64,000 nt of DNA, taken from the NCBI GenBank assembly GCA_963674755.2, contig CAXXVS010000001.1:480001-544000 (forward strand). The letters are read 5' to 3'. This document shows, piece after piece, positions 18,518 to 28,595 of this stretch. The DNA comes from Desulfobacterales bacterium. Its GTDB lineage: Bacteria; Desulfobacterota; Desulfobacteria; Desulfobacterales; UBA5852. The notes beneath the pieces are model-generated. The model was given only the letters and a program-made list of their open reading frames with translations. It did not search any database and was not told the DNA's origin. A program made the translations under genes and the position numbers. Numbering within the stretch: the first letter of the stretch is position 1; every line of letters begins with the position of its first letter.

Positions 18518-18533
18518 AGCAAAGACAATGCCA
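18518..18533 (-). promoter_or_regulatory. sigma-54 promoter for the zinc-ribbon gene
   Basis: TGGCATTGTCTTTGCT on the minus strand. Confidence 0.7.
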
Positions 18534-18923
18534 ACCTTGCCCTTGGCAAGCGATCCTGCAGCCGATCCCAGCCCGACTTTGGGCGTTTAGCGCTAAAGCC
18601 CATAACTATATTAAATCTCAATATATTATTACGCTGAAACAAGGCATGCGGTGTCAGGTAAGGGCCGCTGGAACGGATTTTAGCGGCGACCGTTAATGGA
18701 GGTGGCCGGTTCAGGGCAGTGGAATCGGAATCCTTCATCATTCCCGGGGAGAAAACGGAACCATTGCTTCCTGATTAATATAACAAATAAAAACAATAAG
18801 ATATGGTCATTAAGGGCAGGATCGGTGTTGATTGTCAGGGCGGAATGCGGCGGAAAAAGAACTGTTGGTTCTCATTTTGGAGCGATCCGCAAAATAAATG
18901 AATTATAACAATAGGATATAATT

Positions 18924-18939
18924 AGGCATGAGAGTTGCT
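18924..18939 (+). promoter_or_regulatory. sigma-54 promoter for the 19003-21463 operon
   Basis: AGGCATGAGAGTTGCT preceded by an AT-rich tract. Confidence 0.7.
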
Positions 18940-19002
18940 AATAAGTGAATGCTCCGCGCTGCGGGAGTGTTTTTATACGGCATCTTTAAGGAAAAAGCAG
19001 GT

Positions 19003-19296
19003 ATGCAATCTTTGACGAAACTTCGTGTCGGTCTGCTGGTGGTGATGGCCCTTATGTTAACCGGCGCTGCGGGCCTGGCCATGGCCCCATCCCGCGTGAC
19101 CTTTTTGGCGACGGTGACCGATGGCTATCAACTGGTCGACGATGAGGGGCAGCCCTACGAAGTCGAAAACACCGCCAAGGGCAACGAGCTCGTCCTGAAC
19201 CATGTGGGCCGCAAAGTGGAAGTCACCGGCACGGTTCAGGATGAGGTCGACTACAAGCTTATCGTGGTGGAATCCTATCGGGTGGTGGAGGAATGA
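19003..19296 (+). CDS. Small exported OB-fold-like protein
   Basis: Signal peptide; HVGRKVEVTGTV motif. Confidence 0.75.
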   Translation: MQSLTKLRVGLLVVMALMLTGAAGLAMAPSRVTFLATVTDGYQLVDDEGQPYEVENTAKGNELVLNHVGRKVEVTGTVQDEVDYKLIVVESYRVVEE

Positions 19297-20306
19297 TGGA
19301 TCGGCACAAGATGTTCCTGAAGACGGCGCTTCCCAAACAGGGGGGCTTTGGTGCCGCCGGCGTCATGACCCTGCCGGGCGAGGTGCCCCCAGCACATTAT
19401 CTGCCGCTGCGCATGACCGGCCGCCTGCGGGCCTGGATGATGGACATGGCCTACATCATGGCGGGCTGCATCGTCTTCGTGGTGGGCATGAACGGTCTGC
19501 TCATTCCGCACCAGCTCATTGCCGGCGGTTTGACCGGAGCCGCTCTTCTGCTTCACTATGCCGTGCCGGTTGGCGATGTGGGCGGATGGTATTTTCTCCT
19601 TAATATTCCCCTGCTGTGGCTTGGCTGGCGGTACATCGGCCGGCGTTTCATGGTCTTGACGGCCTTCGGCATGGTGTTTTTCTCCCTGGCCGCCAGCTGG
19701 ATCCCCCTGACGCCCCTGGCCGTGCAGGATCCCATCACGGCCGCCATCGGAGCCGGGGTGCTCTGCGGATTGGGGGCGGGGCTGATCCTGCGGTCCCGCG
19801 GATCGGCGGGCGGACTGGATATCCTTTCGATCTATCTGCGGGAGAAATTCGGATTTTCGCTGGGTTCCCTGGGGTTTGCCATGAACGGGGCCATCCTTCT
19901 GGCGGGCGCCTGGTTTCACGACCTGCAGACCGCCCTCTATTCGGGAATTTTCATTTTCGTGTGCGCCCGGGTGGTGGATGGCGTCCTAGTGGGCATTAAT
20001 CCCCAAAAAATCGTTTTGGTGATTTCCGACCGTTGGGAGGAAGTGGCGCAGACCGTGATGGGTCAAATGAAATGCGGGGTGACGCTTCTGCAGGGTGAGG
20101 GCGGATTTGCCCACCGTGAGAAGAAGGTCATCTGCTCGGTGGTGCGGCTGACGGATGTCCCGCGCTTCAAGGCCCTGGCCCTGGCGGTGGATGCGGGTGC
20201 CCTGCTGGTGGTCAACGATGTCTGCGAAGTGGCGGGCCAGCGGACGTTTGCCGGTATCAGCACCCAGGCTGGCCGCCCTGAAGGAAGTCTGCCCCATGTC
20301 CGATGA
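19293..20306 (+). CDS. YitT family membrane protein (start uncertain)
   Basis: GGLTG, LNIPLL, GSAGGLDI, GVT.L.GEGG and C-terminal DUF2179-like motifs. Confidence 0.88.
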   Translation: MMDRHKMFLKTALPKQGGFGAAGVMTLPGEVPPAHYLPLRMTGRLRAWMMDMAYIMAGCIVFVVGMNGLLIPHQLIAGGLTGAALLLHYAVPVGDVGGWYFLLNIPLLWLGWRYIGRRFMVLTAFGMVFFSLAASWIPLTPLAVQDPITAAIGAGVLCGLGAGLILRSRGSAGGLDILSIYLREKFGFSLGSLGFAMNGAILLAGAWFHDLQTALYSGIFIFVCARVVDGVLVGINPQKIVLVISDRWEEVAQTVMGQMKCGVTLLQGEGGFAHREKKVICSVVRLTDVPRFKALALAVDAGALLVVNDVCEVAGQRTFAGISTQAGRPEGSLPHVR

Positions 20307-20541
20307 CCTGCTTTGCTGCCCCCGCGATCCGCACAGCTTTTACCAACGCCGGGTGTGTGAGGAAGTGTTTCGCAACCATTCGATGCGCCGCTGGTGCCGT
20401 GATTGCGTGCATTTCCGTGAATCTACTGCAAAAGAAGGGAGGCCGCCGGATGCTGAGCAAGGAAGATCTTCACTACTTCAGGGAGCTTTTGACCAGCCAG
20501 CTGGAGGAACTCCAGCGCAAGGCGGGCGGGACGGTCAGTGA
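20296..20541 (+). CDS. Possible small Cys-rich protein overlapping the dksA start
   Basis: MSDDLLCCPR...C...WCRDC; AAGGA RBS; 92-nt overlap with the next gene. Confidence 0.35.
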   Translation: MSDDLLCCPRDPHSFYQRRVCEEVFRNHSMRRWCRDCVHFRESTAKEGRPPDAEQGRSSLLQGAFDQPAGGTPAQGGRDGQ

Positions 20542-20818
20542 TCTGCTGCTGCTGTCCATTTATGCAGCGGACCCGCTGGATACCTCGGCTATGGATGTCG
20601 ATCGGAACTTTACGCTTCGCATTCGGGATCGTGAGAGCAAACTGATCAACAAGATCAAAGCCGCCCTGGACCGCATCGAAGAGGGAGAATTCGGTGAGTG
20701 TGACATGTGCGGCGAAGATATCGGTCTGGCCCGTCTGCGGGCGCGCCCGGTGACGACCTATTGCATCCGCTGCAAGACCAAACTGGAAAACCAGGAGAAG
20801 CTCGTCAGCGGGTTTTAA
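20450..20818 (+). CDS. dksA: DksA/TraR C4 zinc-finger protein
   Basis: DPLD coiled-coil tip; R.RDRESKLI.KI..AL.RI; CDMCGEDI..RL.ARP....CIRC. Confidence 0.9.
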   Translation: MLSKEDLHYFRELLTSQLEELQRKAGGTVSDLLLLSIYAADPLDTSAMDVDRNFTLRIRDRESKLINKIKAALDRIEEGEFGECDMCGEDIGLARLRARPVTTYCIRCKTKLENQEKLVSGF

Positions 20819-20846
20819 AACCGTTCTTTTGGAAAGGATACCCACC

Positions 20847-21191
20847 ATGAGCTGGAAATTCTGGCAAAAACAAGATGCGTCCCAAGGCGCCGGGAGTCTG
20901 TCAAAACCCAAGGACCTGCCCGAAGCCGTGGGCCGCTCCCTGGTCATCGATTTGAAGATGGACCCGGACTACGTCTGGTCGCTCAAGGCGGTTATGCGTC
21001 CCCGGCCGGAAAACCGTGACGTCAGGGATTTCCGTGTCTTCAGCCCGTCCCGGACGGACGCCGCCGGCGTGACGGTCCGCAATTTTAACACCCTGAACGA
21101 ACACCCCGATCTTATTCTCCATGAGGGCTGGGTAAACAAGAAGACCAGCCAGGTCAAATTTATCACTCCAACAAACGAAAAGGCAGCTTGA
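20847..21191 (+). CDS. Conserved hypothetical protein
   Basis: Host codon usage; AAGGA RBS; lies within the operon. Confidence 0.75.
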   Translation: MSWKFWQKQDASQGAGSLSKPKDLPEAVGRSLVIDLKMDPDYVWSLKAVMRPRPENRDVRDFRVFSPSRTDAAGVTVRNFNTLNEHPDLILHEGWVNKKTSQVKFITPTNEKAA

Positions 21192-21193
21192 GC

Positions 21194-21463
21194 ATGAAAA
21201 AGGCAGACATTATCGAATTGGTGGAACAATCGCTCGGCAACCGCGAGCAGGCCCGCAAGGCCGTGGAGGCATTGCTGGAAGGCATTACCCAGTCGCTCAA
21301 GAAAGGCGAAACCATTTCGCTGCGGGATCTGGGAACTTTCAAGTGCGTGCAGCGCAAGGCCCGCCAGGGCGTCAATCCCCGCACCGGCGAGAAGATCAAG
21401 ATCAAGGCCCGCAAGGCGGTGCGGTTTTCGGCGGGCAGCAAACTCCAGCAGGCCGTCAACTAA
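21194..21463 (+). CDS. hup: HU/IHF-family DNA-binding protein
   Basis: LGTFK...RKARQGVNPRTGEKIKIKA...VRFSAG..L...VN. Confidence 0.93.
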   Translation: MKKADIIELVEQSLGNREQARKAVEALLEGITQSLKKGETISLRDLGTFKCVQRKARQGVNPRTGEKIKIKARKAVRFSAGSKLQQAVN

Positions 21464-21495
21464 AGCATTTCCTCCCGGTCGGAGACACGGATGGC

Positions 21496-21530
21496 AAAGG
21501 GGCCGCACCTGCGGGGTGCGGCCCCTTTTT
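21496..21530 (+). terminator. Intrinsic terminator
   Basis: AAAGGGGCCGCACC stem paired with GGTGCGGCCCCTTT, followed by a T-run. Confidence 0.9.
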
Positions 21531-21760
21531 ATATCGTCTTTTCCAGCCATAGTCGACGTGGATTTGGTATTGCCGATGCTTTGACAGGGGCGCTACGCGG
21601 CACCGCAGGCAAGCCTCAAGCCCTCATTGGACCGCCGCCTCCCGTGAAATCGGCTTGACGCGGGCCGCTAAATCGCTCTATGCATACAAGGCCGTCGTCC
21701 GCCAGACACCCCGTGATCCGTATTCCGATATTTACCCGGCCCGCCTGCTGTGGAGATCGC

Positions 21761-24385
21761 ATGACGTTGCAACGCCACGTGAGAAACGCTTTCCGATATT
21801 TTCCGGTGCTGCTGGCTCTGGCCGGCCTGCTGCTTTTCCGGCCGCCGGGCACGCCAGCGGCCGAAGAGCCTGAGACGGTCAGTCCGGGGCTTGCGGCCTC
21901 TTCATCCACCGTCAAGGATCTACTCGGAGACGCCCTCGACAGCGAGCGTTCGAACCTGGCGGAAATCGAGGAAGGGCTGAAGCGCTGGGAGGCGCTGAAA
22001 GCCGAGGTGACCAAAGAAATCGAAACCGATCGCCTCCAGAACGCCGTTTACAACAATATGCTGCTGGTGCCACAGACCCGGATCGAGGATCTGCAAACCG
22101 CCCTCAACACCAACCGCCTCCTGATCAAAGACCTTTCCGAGCGGATGGCCGAGTTCGAAAAGATCGGCAACATCGCGACGGAGCGCATGAAACAGCTTGC
22201 GGAGCGTATCGCCATTGCCGAAAAGCAGTTGTCCGACCTGTCGCAGGAGACTCTGCCCGCCGCCGATCAAAGGGAGATGCGCGCGAAGCTCAACAATCTG
22301 CTCGGGATCCTGCGTGAAAAGAACCAGCGGGGTGAGACTTTTCTGCAAAGCTACCAAAAGCTTTTCGAGCAGCTCAAGCGCATGATGGCTGATCTGCAGG
22401 AGACCCGCCGACGGCTGGAAGAGCGCCTGCAGATGCAGGTCAATACCAATCTGTACGAACGAGCGCCATGGCCCGCACGGCTGGGTGGCGCGAACCTGTT
22501 GGCCGAACTCAAGATGATTCGGGAGCGTGCCGCAAACCTCTTGAATGTTTCTTTTTGGCGTCAACAATGGATCAACTACCAGCGCAGCGGAGGTGTCACC
22601 CAAGCCGTTTTTGTCCTTTTGTTTGTTTCCGCGATTATCTTTCGCCGCAGGGTGCGGCGGTACGTCAAATCCGTCGAAGAACGGCTGCCAACCCCATCCT
22701 GGCGGCAACGGCGGTTGGCCCTGGTCCTGCTGCGGCGATCCTTCGTTCTGATCTGCGCGGCGGTCCTCGTGTGGCTTTACGACCGGTTGAAACTCCCCCA
22801 CATGAACATCAGTATGGCACGGTTCCTGAGCCAACTCGTTTTTGTTCTGATGCTGGTACGCTGGGGGGTCGATTTTCTCAACTACGGCCTGAATGCTTCC
22901 GGCCGGGCCGTGCCGACCTACACCCAAAAACGCCTGCTGTTCGCGTTTCAGATGTTGCGCCTGTCGATGATCGTTTTTTTGCTCCTGATTTTGGTGGTTG
23001 GCGGCGATAGCCTGCTGACCTGGATCGCGCGCCTGGCGCTGGAGATCGTATTGCTGGCCTGGACCATCAGCTTCTGGCGCCATCGGCAACCCGTCGCCAT
23101 CCAGGGGGTTCGCCAGGGCGAACCCGGGGCGTCCGGGACCCATGCCCTTCTGGTTCAGGGGTGGAGCTATTGCGTGGTCGGTGGTGCGCTTCTGATGGAA
23201 TTGACGGGCTATGGGACCCTGGCGGCCCACTGGCTGGTGTCATGGGGCAAGACCGTTGCGCTGGGCTTGTGGGCCTATATCGGGTGGGGCGTCATCCACG
23301 AATGGTATGCCGCCCAAAGGGTGGCGGCCAAGGGGGGCGAAGACGGTGTCGCCGTCCCGGTGGCGGCGCCGGTGGGCTGGTTCATGGTCCAGATGGCCCG
23401 GCTGCTCTGGCTGGGGACTCTCCTGGCGGGGGGGCTGCTGGTCTGGTCAAGCACGGACTTCATGATCGCAACGCTGGCGCGGTTTTTCAACCTGGCGTTT
23501 GCGGTGGGCAGCCTGACCTTCAGCATCAAAAGCCTGCTGCTGGCCTTGATCATCGTTTGCCTGACCCATGTGGCCACACGTCTCGGGCAAAACCTTTTAC
23601 GTCAAAAGATTCTCGATGCACGGGATTTCGAACGGGGCCTCCGGGACTCTATCGTTTCGATAACAACCTATGTCGTTTGGGGACTGGGCCTCCTGTTGAC
23701 GCTGGGTGTTCTGGGGGTCAACACCACCTCCCTGGCGGTGGTCTTCGGCGCCCTGAGCATCGGCATCGGCTTCGGCCTGCAGAATATCTTCAACAATTTT
23801 ATCAGCGGCCTGATTCTGCTTTTCGAGCGCCCGATCCAGGTGGGCGACTATGTGGAGGTGGGCGGCCTGTGGGCCGAAGTCAAGCAGATCAACGTGCGCT
23901 CCACCATCGTACAGACCTTTGACAACGCCGCGGTCATCATTCCCAATTCGGACTTCATCAGCCAGCAGGTGACCAACTGGAGTTTCAAAGATCCCCGTAT
24001 GCGCCGCCAGGTGAATATCGGCGTGGCCTACGGTTCCGACGTCGAACTGGTGCGCCGGACCCTGCTGGATATTGCCGCGCACGTCCCTGCTATCCTGAAA
24101 TATCCCCGCCCGGACGTCCTCTTTATGGATCATGCCGACAGCGCCCTGCTCTTCCGGCTGCGCTTCTGGACCCATGTGGACAATTATTACAGCACCACCA
24201 CCGACGTGCGCTTCGAGCTGGACCGGCGTTTCCGCGAACTCGGCATCGAAATTGCCTTCCCCCAGCGGGATCTCCACATCCGCAGCATCGATCCGAACAT
24301 TTTCCCCCAGGGCTCGCCCTCCGGGTCCTCCCCTGTTCCCCCCGAACCCCCGACCGTGCCGGCGTCACCCGAAGAAGACGTCTGA
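21761..24385 (+). CDS. Large MscS-family (MscK/MscM-like) mechanosensitive channel
   Basis: Periplasmic coiled coil, multiple TMs, GIGFGLQNIFNNFISGLILLFERPIQVGD, IPNS, GVAYGSD, IAFPQRDLH. Confidence 0.92.
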   Translation: MTLQRHVRNAFRYFPVLLALAGLLLFRPPGTPAAEEPETVSPGLAASSSTVKDLLGDALDSERSNLAEIEEGLKRWEALKAEVTKEIETDRLQNAVYNNMLLVPQTRIEDLQTALNTNRLLIKDLSERMAEFEKIGNIATERMKQLAERIAIAEKQLSDLSQETLPAADQREMRAKLNNLLGILREKNQRGETFLQSYQKLFEQLKRMMADLQETRRRLEERLQMQVNTNLYERAPWPARLGGANLLAELKMIRERAANLLNVSFWRQQWINYQRSGGVTQAVFVLLFVSAIIFRRRVRRYVKSVEERLPTPSWRQRRLALVLLRRSFVLICAAVLVWLYDRLKLPHMNISMARFLSQLVFVLMLVRWGVDFLNYGLNASGRAVPTYTQKRLLFAFQMLRLSMIVFLLLILVVGGDSLLTWIARLALEIVLLAWTISFWRHRQPVAIQGVRQGEPGASGTHALLVQGWSYCVVGGALLMELTGYGTLAAHWLVSWGKTVALGLWAYIGWGVIHEWYAAQRVAAKGGEDGVAVPVAAPVGWFMVQMARLLWLGTLLAGGLLVWSSTDFMIATLARFFNLAFAVGSLTFSIKSLLLALIIVCLTHVATRLGQNLLRQKILDARDFERGLRDSIVSITTYVVWGLGLLLTLGVLGVNTTSLAVVFGALSIGIGFGLQNIFNNFISGLILLFERPIQVGDYVEVGGLWAEVKQINVRSTIVQTFDNAAVIIPNSDFISQQVTNWSFKDPRMRRQVNIGVAYGSDVELVRRTLLDIAAHVPAILKYPRPDVLFMDHADSALLFRLRFWTHVDNYYSTTTDVRFELDRRFRELGIEIAFPQRDLHIRSIDPNIFPQGSPSGSSPVPPEPPTVPASPEEDV

Positions 24386-24569
24386 AAGCGGGCCTGGAGC
24401 GCATGGCCGTTGCTTCGCCCGTGCCGCTGCCGGAAGAGATGGGGGAGGGCATGGTTGCCATGGGTCGACCGATACAGTATAGATCCGGCAGCACCGGGCT
24501 GCACCAATTCCATACCCCGGAATGATTCACGTTGCATTAAGCTGACCGCCATAGGCCGAAAGCCGACCC

Positions 24570-27158
24570 ATGACAGCCGCCAAACTGCCTGACATATCCC
24601 GGTCTGCCGATACCAAGCTGGGAACCTTTGCCGGGGTATTCACGCCCAGCGTTTTAACCATTCTCGGTATCATTCTCTTCCTGCGATTGGGCTATGTGGT
24701 CGGAGAGTCCGGTCTGGCGCGCGCGCTCATTATCATCGCCCTGGCCAACACGATTTCGATCCTGACCAGCCTTTCCCTTTCGGCCATCGCCACCAACCTG
24801 CGGGTGAAAGGCGGCGGCGACTATTACCTGATCTCGCGCACCCTGGGGCCGGAATTCGGGGGGGCTCTGGGACTGGTGCTGTTCCTGGCGCAGTCCGTCT
24901 CGATTGCGTTTTACTGCATTGGCTTCGGCGAGGCCCTAGCAGCTATCGTGCCGGCGGGCTGGGCCCTGAGCCCGCGCCTGGCCGCGGCCGGGGCGGTGAG
25001 CGCCCTGTTTGTCCTGGCCTGGCTGGGGGCCGACTGGGCCACCCGTTTCCAATACGGTGTCATGGTCCTGCTGATGGCCGCCCTGGCTTCCTTCTATGCC
25101 GGGGCCTTCCAGCAATGGCAGCCCCAGCAGGTCGTGCTGGACTGGTCGACTTCCAGCGGCGCCCAGCCTTTCTGGGTGGTCTTCGCCATCTTTTTTCCGG
25201 CCGTGACCGGCTTCACCCAGGGGGTCAGCATGTCCGGCGATTTGAGGGACCCCGGGCGCAGCATCCCCCGGGGCACCTTCCTGGCCGTGGGCATTTCCCT
25301 CGTGGTCTATTTTTCGGTGGCGGTCCTGTTTGCCGGCGTCCTGCCGGAGGAGGTGCTGCGGACCGACAACACCGCCATGAGGGGCGTGGCGCGTTGGGGC
25401 GTTCTTGTAGACGCCGGGGTGGTGGCGGCCACCCTGTCTTCCGCCATGGCCTCCTTTCTGGGCGGCCCCCGTATCCTGCAGTCCCTGGCCGCCGATCGCA
25501 TCTTCGGCTATTTGAACCTGTTCGCCAAGGGCGCCGGACCGGCCGCCAATCCGCGGCGGGCCGTTCTGCTTTCGGCCGGCATTGCCTATACCACCGTGGC
25601 ATTGGGCAACCTGAACCTGATTGCCCCGGTGGTGTCCATGTTTTTTCTGATTTCCTACGGGCTGCTCAATTATGCCACCTATTTCGAGGCCCGCGCGGAG
25701 AGCCCCGATTTCCGGCCGCGCTTTCGCTGGTTTCACCCCTGGCTGAGCCTGGCGGGGGCCCTGGGATGCCTGGGGGTCATGCTGGCGGTGGATTACATGG
25801 CCAGCATCGTCTCCTTGGCCATCATCCTGGCGGTTTTTCAGTACGTGAAGCGGACCGCCGGCCCTTCCCGCTGGGCGGACAGTCGGCGCGGCTACCACCT
25901 CCAGCAGGTGCGCCAGCACCTCCTGGCAGCCGCCGAGGAGCCGGAGCATGATCGGGACTGGCGACCGCTGCTGCTGGCCTTTTCCCGGCGCCCTGAGCGG
26001 CGGGCCAGGCTTTTGCAGGTCGCCCAGTGGCTGGAGGGTCGCAGCGGGATGACCACCCTGGTCAGCGTGCTGGAAGGCCGCGGCCCTGAAATGCGGAAAC
26101 AGCGCGAAGAGGCCGAAAAGGAATTGATCAGGGATATCCAGGGCGGCGGGTTCCGGGCCTTTCCCCTGGTGGTGAGCACCGACGACATCGAAGACGGGAT
26201 CCATCATCTGGTCCAGGCCGCCGGCATCGGTCCTTTGCGGGTCAATACCATTTTGACCAACTGGATTGCGGAAGATCCTTCATCGGACCAGGGCTTTCAG
26301 GAACTTCTTTTCGGCCGCAACCTGCGGGAAGCTTACCGCCAGGGATGCCATGTCGTGATCATGGCGGCGGACGATGCCAAATGGGAGCGTCTGGCCACGG
26401 ACACCGTCCCGCAAGGCATGCTGGATGTCTGGTGGCAGGATGATGCCACCGGACGCCTGATGCTGCTGCTGGCCTATTTGATGACGCGCCATGCACGCTG
26501 GCGGGAAGACCGGCTGCGGGTGCTGATCCCGGTACCGGAAACCGATGCTGCCTCCGACGCGCTCCTGGAAGCGGTCAACCGCGCCCTGGAGGACTATCGC
26601 ATCCAGGCGGAAACCATCGTCATCCAGGCGGCGGCCCGTCCTTTGGAACCCAACATTTTCGAGAAGAGCGATCTCCTCCTCCTGCCCTTTCGCTTTCAGG
26701 GCAATCTGATTCGCCTGCCCTTCGACGGTCCGGTGGACGAGACCCTCGGGAGGCTGCCCGGGACCATGCTGGTGGCCGCCGCCCGGGATATCGACCTGGA
26801 TCCGGCGCCGGAAGAGGGGGAGGCCGCGGCCCGGGCGGAACTGCTGGACCGCCTCGAAGAGCTGCAAAGCCGATACAAACGGGCCGAAAAAGAGGCCGCT
26901 CTGGCAGCGGAAGCCGTGGTCCGAGTGCGCCAGGAGCTCATGGAAATGCTCGGCGCGGAAACCGGATTTATCGATCTGAAAGCCAAAAAGGAGCTGGACC
27001 GTGAGGTCGAGGCGGCCGAGCAGGGGGCCGAGAAGACGCGGCGGCGGGCTCTGAAGCTGATGGCCAAGGTGGCCCAGGCACAAAACGCCGCCGAAGAAGC
27101 GGGTTTGATGGCGCCCCGGGACGGGGAGGATGAAGGAGGCGCGCCGTCAGATGCCTGA
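24570..27158 (+). CDS. Cation-chloride cotransporter-like APC permease
   Basis: GTFAGVF.PS.LTILG.ILFLR, GGG.YYLISR.LGPEFGG, FFPAVTG, NY....WRP motifs of the CCC/SLC12 type. Confidence 0.88.
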   Translation: MTAAKLPDISRSADTKLGTFAGVFTPSVLTILGIILFLRLGYVVGESGLARALIIIALANTISILTSLSLSAIATNLRVKGGGDYYLISRTLGPEFGGALGLVLFLAQSVSIAFYCIGFGEALAAIVPAGWALSPRLAAAGAVSALFVLAWLGADWATRFQYGVMVLLMAALASFYAGAFQQWQPQQVVLDWSTSSGAQPFWVVFAIFFPAVTGFTQGVSMSGDLRDPGRSIPRGTFLAVGISLVVYFSVAVLFAGVLPEEVLRTDNTAMRGVARWGVLVDAGVVAATLSSAMASFLGGPRILQSLAADRIFGYLNLFAKGAGPAANPRRAVLLSAGIAYTTVALGNLNLIAPVVSMFFLISYGLLNYATYFEARAESPDFRPRFRWFHPWLSLAGALGCLGVMLAVDYMASIVSLAIILAVFQYVKRTAGPSRWADSRRGYHLQQVRQHLLAAAEEPEHDRDWRPLLLAFSRRPERRARLLQVAQWLEGRSGMTTLVSVLEGRGPEMRKQREEAEKELIRDIQGGGFRAFPLVVSTDDIEDGIHHLVQAAGIGPLRVNTILTNWIAEDPSSDQGFQELLFGRNLREAYRQGCHVVIMAADDAKWERLATDTVPQGMLDVWWQDDATGRLMLLLAYLMTRHARWREDRLRVLIPVPETDAASDALLEAVNRALEDYRIQAETIVIQAAARPLEPNIFEKSDLLLLPFRFQGNLIRLPFDGPVDETLGRLPGTMLVAAARDIDLDPAPEEGEAAARAELLDRLEELQSRYKRAEKEAALAAEAVVRVRQELMEMLGAETGFIDLKAKKELDREVEAAEQGAEKTRRRALKLMAKVAQAQNAAEEAGLMAPRDGEDEGGAPSDA

Positions 27159-27188
27159 AGACATTGAAAGGGAGGCTATACGGACGGG

Positions 27189-28574
27189 ATGGTGATCACG
27201 AAACGCATCATGAGTGTGGTGATGGTTCTGCTTATCATGGGGGGCGCGGCCCTGGCGGCTGATACGGCTGGCCCGGCCAAGCTTCCACCCAACGCGGACA
27301 ACCCGACACCCGCCACGGAATCGCCCCTTGATATCCAGGATAAACCCATCGACCGGGCCGGCCGGGTGGTGGGCAAGGATATCGAAAAGATAGGGGATAC
27401 GGCGGCCGCCAAGGTCGGCTCCTGGATCACCGCCGAGGCCTTTTACGGGATCCGCTGGTTCAAGCTGCTTCTGTGCCTGGCGGCCGTGTTCGGCGTCTTC
27501 TTGTTCGAGCGGATTCTGCGCCTCGTCATCAATACCAAAATCAAAACCATCCCCCACCAGGAGGGCATCATCTCCTGGCTGCGGATGTTTTTTCAGGCCG
27601 CGGCCCGGCCATTGTCCCTTACGATCTGGGGATACGGCACCTACGCTGCGCTCACCCCGCTTTTCCCTTATTTCCAAGCGGCCCAAGGGGCCAACGCGGT
27701 CCACGCCGTGGCCCAACGATCGACCGATATTGCCGGCACGGTGGCGGTGGTCTGGTTTCTCTATAACATGGTGCAATTGCTCGATGAGCGCCTCAAGCGC
27801 TGGGCCCTTTCCACCCCCAGCGATATCGACGAAATCCTGGTGCCGCTGGTCGGGAAATCCCTGCGGGTCTTTATCGTGATCGTGGGCGGCATGGTGGTGA
27901 TCAAAAACATGACCGGCATCGAGATCGGCCCCCTGCTGGCCTCGCTGGGGATCGGCGGCTTGGCGGTGGCCCTGGCGGCCAAGGATTCCATCGCCAATTT
28001 CTTCGGCACGTTGACCATCCTCTTCGACAAACCCTTCCAGGTGGGCGACCGTATCGTGATCGACAACTACGACGGCACGGTCGAAGAAGTGGGCTTCCGC
28101 AGTTCGCGCATCCGCACCCTGACCGGTCATCTGGTGACGATTCCCAACGAGAAACTGGTGAACTCCACGGTCGAGAATATCGGGAAACGGCCCCATATCC
28201 GCTGGCTGACCAATATCGGCATCACCTACGACACCCCGCCCGAAAAGGTCAGCCAGGCGGTGCGCCTCCTGGAGGACCTCCTGGCGGATCACGAGGGACA
28301 GCATCCTGATTTTCCGCCCCGCGTGTTCTTTAACGGATTCAACGACTGGAGCCTGAACATCATGGTACTCCTGTGGTATCATCCGGCCAACTACTGGGAT
28401 TTCCAGGTCTTTATCCAGCGCACCTGTCTCGAAATTCTCCGCCAATTCCAGGAGGCCGGGATCGATTTCGCCTTCCCCTCGCAAACGGTCTATGCCGCCG
28501 GGGACGACAAGCGTTTGCTGAAACTGATGCTGGCCGGGGCGCAAGCCGACGTCCCGGCGGCGCCGGAGTCTTAA
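27189..28574 (+). CDS. MscS-family mechanosensitive channel
   Basis: LGIGGLAVALAAKD..ANFFG, DKPF.VGD, IPN, FAFPSQT. Confidence 0.92.
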   Translation: MVITKRIMSVVMVLLIMGGAALAADTAGPAKLPPNADNPTPATESPLDIQDKPIDRAGRVVGKDIEKIGDTAAAKVGSWITAEAFYGIRWFKLLLCLAAVFGVFLFERILRLVINTKIKTIPHQEGIISWLRMFFQAAARPLSLTIWGYGTYAALTPLFPYFQAAQGANAVHAVAQRSTDIAGTVAVVWFLYNMVQLLDERLKRWALSTPSDIDEILVPLVGKSLRVFIVIVGGMVVIKNMTGIEIGPLLASLGIGGLAVALAAKDSIANFFGTLTILFDKPFQVGDRIVIDNYDGTVEEVGFRSSRIRTLTGHLVTIPNEKLVNSTVENIGKRPHIRWLTNIGITYDTPPEKVSQAVRLLEDLLADHEGQHPDFPPRVFFNGFNDWSLNIMVLLWYHPANYWDFQVFIQRTCLEILRQFQEAGIDFAFPSQTVYAAGDDKRLLKLMLAGAQADVPAAPES

Positions 28575-28595
28575 TCCGTTCGGGAGAACGTCGCG

